This document shows positions 34,280 through 42,023 of a stretch of 46,976 bases of DNA, one piece after another. Both the position numbers and the translations under genes were made by a program. The stretch comes from Gammaproteobacteria bacterium (GTDB taxonomy: Bacteria; Pseudomonadota; Gammaproteobacteria; Steroidobacterales; GCA-2729495), in the NCBI GenBank assembly GCA_024276095.1, contig JAJRXW010000266.1:1-46976 (forward strand), written 5' to 3'. Below the pieces are notes generated by a model that did no database searches, was not told where the DNA came from, and worked only from the letters and a program-made list of their open reading frames with translations. Positions within the stretch are counted from its first letter, which is position 1. The number at the start of each line of letters is the position of its first letter.

Positions 34280-35368
34280 ATGAAACATAAAATACTTCCT
34301 TTTGTTCTGTTTTCTCTTTTATTAAGCGCCGTCAGCACCGGTCTCCTGGCAGACAGCAACGGCATGGACCCGGAGATCAGGAGTAAAGCCAAGCGTGCAG
34401 TGGATGCCGGGCTGCATTACCTGCGCACCCATCAGCAGGAAAACGGTTCCCTGTCGAACTCGGTCGGCGTCACCGCACTGGGACTGCGGGCGTTTTTGCA
34501 AAGCCACCGTGGCTACAAGGAAAGTGACGGCGCGTTCATTACCCGGCCGATCCAGTTTCTCCTGGAACATGTCAACGACGATGGCTCTATCAGTGAAACC
34601 AACCAGAATCGAAATTACAACACAGCCGTCTGCATGACTGCGCTGGCCGCGACCAATAATGACCGGTATGCCGAGGTACTGGCCGGTGCGCGTAATTTCC
34701 TCAAGGGTCTGCAGATCGATGAAGGTGACGGCTACGAAAGCGATCACGCATATTATGGCGGCATCGGCTATGGCGGCGATGAACGCCCGGACCTGTCGAA
34801 TGCATACATGGCACTCGAGGGCCTGAGGGCCAGTGCGACCGATCCCGATGACCCGGTGTGGAAAAAGGCATTGATCTTTGTCAGCCGGTCGCAGAATCGC
34901 AGCGAAAGCAACGACCAGGAATGGGCCGCCAACGACGGGGGGTTCACCTATATGCCGGGTTTCAGCCCGAATGGCGGCACAGCATCCTATGGCGGAATGA
35001 CATCGGCGGGCCTGTTGAGCCTGCTTTTTGCCGGCGTGGACAAAGAAGACCCCAGGGTCCAGGCAGCCTACGACTGGATTCGGGCGAATTACACCCTGGA
35101 GTACAACCCGGGTTCCGAGGGAGGAACGCAGGGCCTCTACTACTATTACAACGTGTTCGCCAAGGCGATGTCTGCCTATGGTGCCGATATGGTAGTCGAC
35201 AGCGACGGCACGGCGCACAACTGGCGCAATGAGATCGCAACCAAGCTGATGGACCTGCAGAACGACGACGGTTCCTGGGTCAACCCCGATTCGCCACGCT
35301 GGTGGGAAGGCAACAAAGACCTGGTCACTGCATGGAGCGTGATCGCGCTGAACGCGGCGATCAATTGA
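34280..35368 (+). CDS. Secreted prenyltransferase/squalene-oxidase-repeat (alpha/alpha-toroid) protein
   Basis: I prefer the ATG at 34280, 7 nt after the upstream stop. Signal peptide MKHKILPFVLFSLLLSAVSTGLLA. Repeated QW-type motifs (QQENGSLSNS, VNDDGSISE, QNDDGSWVNPDS) and aromatic-rich helices typical of terpenoid-cyclase/prenyltransferase beta-subunit-like repeats. Confidence 0.7.
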   Translation: MKHKILPFVLFSLLLSAVSTGLLADSNGMDPEIRSKAKRAVDAGLHYLRTHQQENGSLSNSVGVTALGLRAFLQSHRGYKESDGAFITRPIQFLLEHVNDDGSISETNQNRNYNTAVCMTALAATNNDRYAEVLAGARNFLKGLQIDEGDGYESDHAYYGGIGYGGDERPDLSNAYMALEGLRASATDPDDPVWKKALIFVSRSQNRSESNDQEWAANDGGFTYMPGFSPNGGTASYGGMTSAGLLSLLFAGVDKEDPRVQAAYDWIRANYTLEYNPGSEGGTQGLYYYYNVFAKAMSAYGADMVVDSDGTAHNWRNEIATKLMDLQNDDGSWVNPDSPRWWEGNKDLVTAWSVIALNAAIN

Positions 35369-35372
35369 CCAG

Positions 35373-36881
35373 GTGCTGTTCATACCCGGTGTCCTCGCCA
35401 CAGGCATCATGCTTGGTCTGGCGATGTCCGGCCCGGGTCTGGCCAGCGAAAACCTGACCGTAGACGCCCGCACTGCATTCGATACAGGCATCTCGACGAA
35501 ACAGATTTCCGAACTCGGGCTTCATATCCTGAGCGCCCGGGGTGGGGAACTGGAACTGCGCGTCACCGGTGTGCTTCCTGAAGTCACTACGACCCGGTAC
35601 CTGAGACCCGGCGAACCCATGGATATGTGGCTGCCGGTCGGGCAGGCCGCTCCCGGACAAACGCCGGTACTGACCGTGCGGATGGGAGAGGAACGGCCCG
35701 TAACCTATCCGTTGCCGGGCGCTTCGCCCGCCGTTGCCGTGCTGTCAGGCGAGACAGCCATACAACTGCTCGGCGATCTTTTCGGTACGGTTGCCGTTGC
35801 CGGTGAGCGCCTGCCCCGTTATGCACCTGCCTATGCGCAAATCCCGGCCGTGGTACTGGACAGGGAGTCGTTGACCAGGCTCGACGAATTCCAGCTGCGT
35901 GCCTTACTGGACTTTGCAGGCACCTGTGGCCGGCTGATGCTGATCGATGCACCTGACAAGGCGAAACAGGTCTTCGCCAACCGCGCCGCCTGTAGCGGAC
36001 GGTTCCTGAGCACACTGGAAAGCAAGAATATGCAGTCGCCACAGGCCGTGGCAAAAGCATTCAGGACACTTGTCGACAAACCCGGCCGCCAGTTTCTTTC
36101 TCAGGAATCGCTGCGCACACTGCTGCCACAGTCAGTGGCCGGCATCGGCAATCTGTCAGTGCCCGGACTCTTTCTGGCCGGATACCTGCTTGTTTTCACC
36201 ATCCTGGTCGCGCTGGAACAAACACGGCTGGCGAGCCTCGCTTTTTGCGTCATCGGGGTGCTGCTTGCATTGCTGATCTGGCAACCGGGTGCCGGCCGCT
36301 CATTTGTTGCCTGGGCGGAAATGGACGCCGGTGATCGTGTCGCTCGCTACGCCGGCATAGAAGGGTTTTTCTCTACCGGTCGCGGCACCCTCAGCGTTCC
36401 GTCACACAGCTTCGGCAGCTATCCGGTTCAGATCATCGGCGACAATACGGTTTTGCAATGGGGCAGACATGCCGATGAAAGGCAGCTTCGCTGGCGTGCT
36501 GCTCTGCTGAGCCGAATGTACCTGAACAGCCGGGGCAGCTTCCCGGTAGACCCCAACCTCCGGGCACAGGCCAACGACAGGTATGCCAGCGTCTGTAATC
36601 ACGGCGCTGCTGTGACCCAACCCGCGCTGCTGTACTGGCGGGGCTCGGCTTATGCGATCCCCGCGCTCGAGCCGGGCGCGGCATGGTCGACTGACGAGCA
36701 GCCAATCCTGTCGGGCGCGGCCTCCCGGAGGCCCGAGATCCGGCTGCTCAGAACGAGAGCTGCCCCGTCACCTCTGGCCCTGCTGCAGTCCCTGCCGATA
36801 TCCACCGGCGGTGAAAACGATCGGGCCTGGCTGCTCCAGGTTGAGCCGTCACCGGGCGGAGAGAAACCATGCAACGGCTGA
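35373..36881 (+). CDS. Hypothetical 502-aa exported/membrane protein, no recognisable domain
   Basis: GTG start 4 nt after the upstream stop. Signal-like N-terminus (LFIPGVLATGIMLGLAMSGPGLASE) and two central hydrophobic helices (PGLFLAGYLLVFTILVAL, LAFCVIGVLLALLIW). Coding-like composition. The start codon is uncertain. Confidence 0.6.
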   Translation: MLFIPGVLATGIMLGLAMSGPGLASENLTVDARTAFDTGISTKQISELGLHILSARGGELELRVTGVLPEVTTTRYLRPGEPMDMWLPVGQAAPGQTPVLTVRMGEERPVTYPLPGASPAVAVLSGETAIQLLGDLFGTVAVAGERLPRYAPAYAQIPAVVLDRESLTRLDEFQLRALLDFAGTCGRLMLIDAPDKAKQVFANRAACSGRFLSTLESKNMQSPQAVAKAFRTLVDKPGRQFLSQESLRTLLPQSVAGIGNLSVPGLFLAGYLLVFTILVALEQTRLASLAFCVIGVLLALLIWQPGAGRSFVAWAEMDAGDRVARYAGIEGFFSTGRGTLSVPSHSFGSYPVQIIGDNTVLQWGRHADERQLRWRAALLSRMYLNSRGSFPVDPNLRAQANDRYASVCNHGAAVTQPALLYWRGSAYAIPALEPGAAWSTDEQPILSGAASRRPEIRLLRTRAAPSPLALLQSLPISTGGENDRAWLLQVEPSPGGEKPCNG

Positions 36882-37378
36882 GTGCGGTACCCGGTTTTAT
36901 TGCGGTGTTGTGTATTTTTCCCGTATGCAGCTGGTGGCTGCTGCAGGTGCTGGTGGTACTGGAAAGCGGCGGGCCCGGTATCGGTGCCGCCAGCCTGCTG
37001 GCAATAGAAGCGCTGCTGTTACTGCAGCTATTGAGTATCGGGCTGTTTTCGGCCCAGTGGGCGCAACCCTGCGGTGTCGAATCACAGCGTGCGAATGCTG
37101 TTGTCCGCTTTGCGGCACGTCTGTGCACTACGATCATTCCGGCGTGGCCTGCATTGGCTGTTCTGTGGCTCGCCAGCGAGACATCGGCAACTGAACTGGT
37201 TCTGGCAGAAATACTGGCATTAGGCGCAGGCCTCACGGTCGGGCTGATATCGTACGGACTCCGGTTGTCAGGATTCTCGGCTCAAACCATGCAGCAATCC
37301 CGGGTTTTTATCGGCGTCGCCGCAGTGTGCGCGATATGGCTCGGGCATAACGCATATTTCAGCTGGTTGATTACATGA
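36869..37378 (+). CDS. Hypothetical 169-aa polytopic membrane protein
   Basis: The ATG is preceded by GGAGAG and overlaps the upstream gene by 13 nt. Four to five hydrophobic helices. Confidence 0.55.
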   Translation: MQRLSAVPGFIAVLCIFPVCSWWLLQVLVVLESGGPGIGAASLLAIEALLLLQLLSIGLFSAQWAQPCGVESQRANAVVRFAARLCTTIIPAWPALAVLWLASETSATELVLAEILALGAGLTVGLISYGLRLSGFSAQTMQQSRVFIGVAAVCAIWLGHNAYFSWLIT

Positions 37379-38457
37379 CACATTCCGCGCTGAATGCTTT
37401 TCTCGCAGCCGTACGAACGCGGTTATGGGCAGAACAAATCCTCTATGCGGTACGCAAAATGATCTGGCTGACGAGTGTTCTGCTGCTGTTGTTTTCCGGG
37501 GTGCATCTTTTCCGTTCGCCGCCGCATCCATGGCTGATGTTGACCGTAGTGCTGATTGCCGGCCTGGCCGTGCTGATCCCTGCCCTTCTGCGCAGGCCCG
37601 ATGCTGCCGCTGCTGCGCGCCGCGCCGACCGGGTGTTCGCAGGCAGGACGCTGCTGACAACAGCCGAAGAATGCCTGCGAACCCCGGGCTGGCAGCAACG
37701 GGCATCCGGGCAGATCGTGTTGCAGCAGGCAGAAACCGCCGCTCTTGCCTGGCGGCCAATGCTCGGCAATAGCTGGCAACCACCGCGCGCAACAGGGTTC
37801 GCGCTGGCGACGATACCTTTCTTTGTCGCCATGCTGCTGTTTTCTCTGCCTGGCGCCGGCCACAATTCCGGTACCGGCGAAACCGGTACTGGCGAAACCG
37901 GGCTGCATCCTGGATCAGCAGTGGCCAGGCCCGCGACCTCCCCGGGCAACGAACGTGACGATGTCGAACGACTGCGCGAAGCATTGACCGCTGCAGCGGT
38001 GCAGCCGGAACCCGGCGCCGTGAAGACAGCCCCTGCGGATACTGACCTTCGCCCGCAGATGGGCGGGGAGATGCCTGTCGATGCACCGGAACAGGCAGTT
38101 TCTTTTGCGGCCGACCCCGGTGCTGTTCCTGGTTTTGCAGCCGACTCCACCGCTGCCGAAGATCGGGCCGGCAGTGCCAGATCCCGTCCGGCATCGGCAG
38201 ACGGGGATCCGTTTGCACCGGACCACCGTTTTCAATCGGTCACGCGCATGGACATCCGCAGAACCGGCAGGACGATATCGACCCGCACCGATGCCGGCGA
38301 TTATTCGGGTAATACAGACCTCGGCCCAGGGCAACGCGTCAATACCGCCCTGCCCGCTTCCCCACCGCAATCACGACCGCACTGGACCATACTGAGCCCG
38401 GCAGTGGCCGCATATGCCAGAAACTTTCTCGACCGCACGGATAAGCCGAATGAATGA
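37375..38457 (+). CDS. Hypothetical 360-aa membrane protein with a long Pro/Ala/Gly/Asp-rich low-complexity region
   Basis: ATGA start/stop overlap with the upstream gene. Two N-terminal TM helices (MIWLTSVLLLLFSGV, LMLTVVLIAGLAVLIPALL) and a third (FALATIPFFVAMLLFSL), followed by ~190 aa that look disordered. Confidence 0.55.
   Translation: MTHSALNAFLAAVRTRLWAEQILYAVRKMIWLTSVLLLLFSGVHLFRSPPHPWLMLTVVLIAGLAVLIPALLRRPDAAAAARRADRVFAGRTLLTTAEECLRTPGWQQRASGQIVLQQAETAALAWRPMLGNSWQPPRATGFALATIPFFVAMLLFSLPGAGHNSGTGETGTGETGLHPGSAVARPATSPGNERDDVERLREALTAAAVQPEPGAVKTAPADTDLRPQMGGEMPVDAPEQAVSFAADPGAVPGFAADSTAAEDRAGSARSRPASADGDPFAPDHRFQSVTRMDIRRTGRTISTRTDAGDYSGNTDLGPGQRVNTALPASPPQSRPHWTILSPAVAAYARNFLDRTDKPNE
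37870..37899 (+). repeat. 15-bp tandem duplication inside the 360-aa gene (encodes GTGET-GTGET)
   Basis: GGTACCGGCGAAACC / GGTACTGGCGAAACC, one mismatch, in frame. Confidence 0.7.
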
Positions 38458-39448
38458 TCTCAACACCAAACTCGAAAATGCCGCCGGCGACCTGGCGCAA
38501 CTGCAGGCGGTTCTGGGCGACGTCATCGTCGGTCAGGAAAAATTGATCAACGAACTGCTGATCGCGATATTTGCCGGAGGCCATGTTCTGCTGGAAGGCC
38601 TGCCGGGACTCGGCAAGACCCACCTGGCGAAAGCCCTGGCCGCATCGCTGGGCGTGCGGCTGGGGCGGGTCCAGTGTACGCCGGACCTACTGCCTGCAGA
38701 CATTACCGGCAGCGAAATACTGCGGGGCAGCGGTACGCTCGCCGATTCGATGCAGTTTCGGCCCGGGCCGATTTTTGCCAACCTGGTGTTGATTGACGAA
38801 ATCAACCGGGCGACACCGCGCACCCAGTCCGCACTGCTGGAAGCCATGCAGGAACGGCAGGTCACCTACGGTGGTCAGCATCATGCGCTGCCTGAACCGT
38901 TCTGGGTAATTGCAACGCAGAACCCGATCGAACTGGAAGGCACATTCCCGTTGCCGGAGGCACAGCTCGACCGCTTCTTGTTCAAACTGTCTGTCCCCTA
39001 CCCGGGAGCCGAAAGCCTGAATCGCTTGCTGGATGTCTCCCTCGACCGAGAACCTGCCGACCGGCTGTCCGAGCTGCTGGATGTCGAGCGCATCAACGAA
39101 ATCAGGGCGATCAGCCGGGAAGTGCTGCTCGCGGAACCGGTCAGGAAATCCGCTGTCAGCCTGGTATTGAGCACCCAACCCGACAGCGGGCATGCGACCG
39201 GCGTTGCCCGCGAACATATCCGCTACGGCGCCAGCCCCAGGGCACTGCAGGCCATCGTACGCGCGGCACGGGTGCGGGCATTGTTCGAGCGCCGCGCCCA
39301 CGTCTCTCATGAGGACCTGGCCGCAGTCGCGCTTCCGGCGCTTCGTCACCGCATACTGCTGCGCACTTCCAGCGAACTGGACGGGCTGACGGCAGGCTCG
39401 ATACTGCGCGACATACTCACCGGGTGGCAACAGGCTCACGCCGGTTAG
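38450..39448 (+). CDS. MoxR-family AAA+ ATPase
   Basis: I prefer the ATG at 38450 (8-nt overlap with the upstream gene). Walker A GLPGLGKTHLAKALA, Walker B LIDEINRATPRTQSALLEAMQE, VIATQNP.E..GT.PLPEAQLDRF, and the C-terminal lid ...GASPRA. Confidence 0.9.
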   Translation: MNDLNTKLENAAGDLAQLQAVLGDVIVGQEKLINELLIAIFAGGHVLLEGLPGLGKTHLAKALAASLGVRLGRVQCTPDLLPADITGSEILRGSGTLADSMQFRPGPIFANLVLIDEINRATPRTQSALLEAMQERQVTYGGQHHALPEPFWVIATQNPIELEGTFPLPEAQLDRFLFKLSVPYPGAESLNRLLDVSLDREPADRLSELLDVERINEIRAISREVLLAEPVRKSAVSLVLSTQPDSGHATGVAREHIRYGASPRALQAIVRAARVRALFERRAHVSHEDLAAVALPALRHRILLRTSSELDGLTAGSILRDILTGWQQAHAG

Positions 39449-39450
39449 TC

Positions 39451-40338
39451 ATGGACAACGAAACCGTCATTGATGAAGCCAGGCTGCGGCGCTTCGCCAG
39501 GCTCGCCGCACCGCTGTTGCGCGGCCATGTCGCCCAGGGACCTGGGCCACATGCCGCAAGGAATCGTCCGGGTCCGGGCCTCGAGTTTCTGGACCTGCGC
39601 AACTATGCGCCGGGTGACGATATCCGCCATATCGACTGGCATCAGTCGTCACGCCGGCAACAGCCGATGATTCGACGCTATCGTGACGAATCCGCGGCAG
39701 ACTGGTTTCTGTGCCTCGATGGCAGTGCGTCGATGATTTCCGGTGACGGCAAGTGGACCCTCGCTGCACACCTGACCGCGGCACTGGCATACAGCCTGCT
39801 GCATGCAGGACACCGGGTCGCACTCATCATTTTCGCTAATCAGATCGCCGGCTTCTGCCGGCTGGGCCGTGGAGCACACCAGCTGGCAAAGCTGATCAAG
39901 CTGATGCGTGCGCACGACCCGGAAAAATTCGGCGGAACAGACGCCATGAACGGCTCAAACCTGGGCCTCTGCCAGGACGCGCTTTCCCCGATGGCCAACG
40001 CATTTATCGTCAGCGATTTCCTGACCCCCGATGCGATGGAAAAAGATCTCAAAGCCCTGCGTGCGCGCGCCTCTTCTCTCAGCGCAATCCAGGTATTCGC
40101 AGCAGACGAAGCCGCGGTACCCGGGCGCGGACTGGCCACGCTGTACGATATGGAGACCGGTAAAGCGCGTCGGGTCGACCTTTCGTCGCAATCCCGGGCA
40201 CAGGCGTCCGCAACGCTCCAACGGCACAGAAAAAAACTGCAACACATCTGCCGGTCGCTGGCGGTCCGATGGACGAACTGTACTGCAGGCCAGGACTGGG
40301 AACGTATCCTTCTCGATCACCTGCACACAGCCCGCTGA
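39451..40338 (+). CDS. DUF58-family (vWA-fold, MoxR-associated) protein
   Basis: ATG 2 nt after the MoxR stop. Signature ...EFLDLRNYAPGDDIRHIDWHQSSRRQQPMIRRYRDE..., then a degenerate vWA-like block (FLCLDGSASM). Confidence 0.85.
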   Translation: MDNETVIDEARLRRFARLAAPLLRGHVAQGPGPHAARNRPGPGLEFLDLRNYAPGDDIRHIDWHQSSRRQQPMIRRYRDESAADWFLCLDGSASMISGDGKWTLAAHLTAALAYSLLHAGHRVALIIFANQIAGFCRLGRGAHQLAKLIKLMRAHDPEKFGGTDAMNGSNLGLCQDALSPMANAFIVSDFLTPDAMEKDLKALRARASSLSAIQVFAADEAAVPGRGLATLYDMETGKARRVDLSSQSRAQASATLQRHRKKLQHICRSLAVRWTNCTAGQDWERILLDHLHTAR

Positions 40339-40340
40339 AC

Positions 40341-42023
40341 ATGGCGGGCTTTTTCAACCCGCTCTGGTTGCTGGCACTGGCACTGTTGCCGCTGGTACGC
40401 TGGCTGCATCGCTGGCATGCACCGCTGTCTTCCTGGCCGGTAGCGGCGATTTTCATCTGGCGTGAAACCAGTGCCGATGCGGCGGCAGGAGAAACGAAGC
40501 GCAAGCCCGACCCGGCCTGGCGCCGTCGTGCCGTAATCGTTGCCCTGCTTGTCATCGCACTGGCGGGGCCGTACCGGCAAAGTGAGTTGAGCGATCTGAC
40601 GGTCTGGATCGATGACTCGCTCAGCATGTACAGCACCGAGAACGACACCACACGGCTGGCTCTCGGCATGAATGCGCTGGCGCTTGAACTCAGCGAGGAA
40701 ACATCCGGACCGGACCGGGTCAGCTTGCGTTCCCTGACCAACCCGGGTCGATCGCAACTTCTGCATGACCGGCGCCGGATTGCCGTACCGGACTGGCCGC
40801 CCTCTCCATCGGATCGCACATCGGCAGGTGCGGGCACGACGATGGACCTGCCACCGCCGGCTCTTCTGTCCACGGACAGCATTCACTGGCTGGTAACCGA
40901 TAGCGCCAGCGATGCCGTACGACAGTGGGCAACGCGCGCTGCGCTGGCCCGTATCATTCAGGTTGGAAAGAACACGGAGAATGCCGGCGTCTTTCGCCTG
41001 GCCGCCGGGCGCAACCTGCAACAATCCGACCAGGTCGATGTACTGGTCGGAGTCGTGAACCAGGGCCTCAGGACGATCTCACGGGACCTGCAGCTGCACG
41101 ATGGAAACCGGCTGCTTGGGCACAAGCCGCTGTTACTGGAGCCCGGACAGGAGACCTATCTGCGGTTCCAGGTGCCCATCGCTCCGGAAACTGCCGCCCT
41201 CCGGGCCCGAATGAGCCCACCAGACACATTGAGTGCAGATGACGAACTGGGCCTCGACATCCGCCCTCTGCAGCCGCTCCCGACCCGGCTGGGCAAAAAC
41301 TGCGGCGAGGCTCTTTACCGGGCCATCGATACCCACCCGGCACTCATGCTGACCGGAAAGGTCAGGCCTGAACTCACCATCGAATGCATGACAAGCACCG
41401 CGCCGGCCGGCCTCCCGGTGGCCCCCGCAGACCCTGCGCCCGTTGTTTCCACCCTCCCCGCGTGGCTGCCTGTCGCTGGTTCTGCGCAGGATATTTCGCT
41501 GCAAAAACCATGGATCGCCGTGACCGGCGGTTCGCGAATCCTTTTTACAGCAGCACAAACAGAAACCCATGCGCCGGATCAAAAACAGGATACAGCTACT
41601 TTTGACAGCCGTTTACAGCCTGCGCTTGCCGGGGCAGACCAGGTACTGCTCCGGGCAGGTGAGGTACCGCTGGTAGTCAGGCGAATTACCGGCGAGGATC
41701 GCCCGGTTGTCGTCGAGACGAACATCGACATGACTCGCCCCGCGTTCACCCGTCAACCGGAGTTTGCAGCGTTTGTCGCCGCGCTGGTCGACCTTACGGT
41801 CGGGCACCACCTTCTGGAAGAGACCGTGAGTACTGCCCGCAACCCGGAGGCTTCGATTATCGCACCGGCATCGATTCCGCCCGGTGAGAAACACCAGGCC
41901 ATGCCGGTTGCCGGCAAAACAGCCGGCTCGCTGTCGACGCTGTTCCTGATTGCCGCTTTGCTGCTGCTGGCGGCTGATACGATTCTGCTCTGGCGCGCCC
42001 AGCAAGGTGCACATCGTGCCTAG
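40341..42023 (+). CDS. BatA-N (N-terminal double-transmembrane, TIGR02226-like) protein with a degenerate vWA/MIDAS block and a C-terminal TM anchor
   Basis: ATG 2 nt after the DUF58 stop. MAGFFNPLWLLALALLPLVRWLH... matches the aerotolerance-regulator N-terminal pattern. DxSxS in VWIDDSLSM. C-terminal helix LSTLFLIAALLLLAADTILLW. Confidence 0.7.
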   Translation: MAGFFNPLWLLALALLPLVRWLHRWHAPLSSWPVAAIFIWRETSADAAAGETKRKPDPAWRRRAVIVALLVIALAGPYRQSELSDLTVWIDDSLSMYSTENDTTRLALGMNALALELSEETSGPDRVSLRSLTNPGRSQLLHDRRRIAVPDWPPSPSDRTSAGAGTTMDLPPPALLSTDSIHWLVTDSASDAVRQWATRAALARIIQVGKNTENAGVFRLAAGRNLQQSDQVDVLVGVVNQGLRTISRDLQLHDGNRLLGHKPLLLEPGQETYLRFQVPIAPETAALRARMSPPDTLSADDELGLDIRPLQPLPTRLGKNCGEALYRAIDTHPALMLTGKVRPELTIECMTSTAPAGLPVAPADPAPVVSTLPAWLPVAGSAQDISLQKPWIAVTGGSRILFTAAQTETHAPDQKQDTATFDSRLQPALAGADQVLLRAGEVPLVVRRITGEDRPVVVETNIDMTRPAFTRQPEFAAFVAALVDLTVGHHLLEETVSTARNPEASIIAPASIPPGEKHQAMPVAGKTAGSLSTLFLIAALLLLAADTILLWRAQQGAHRA

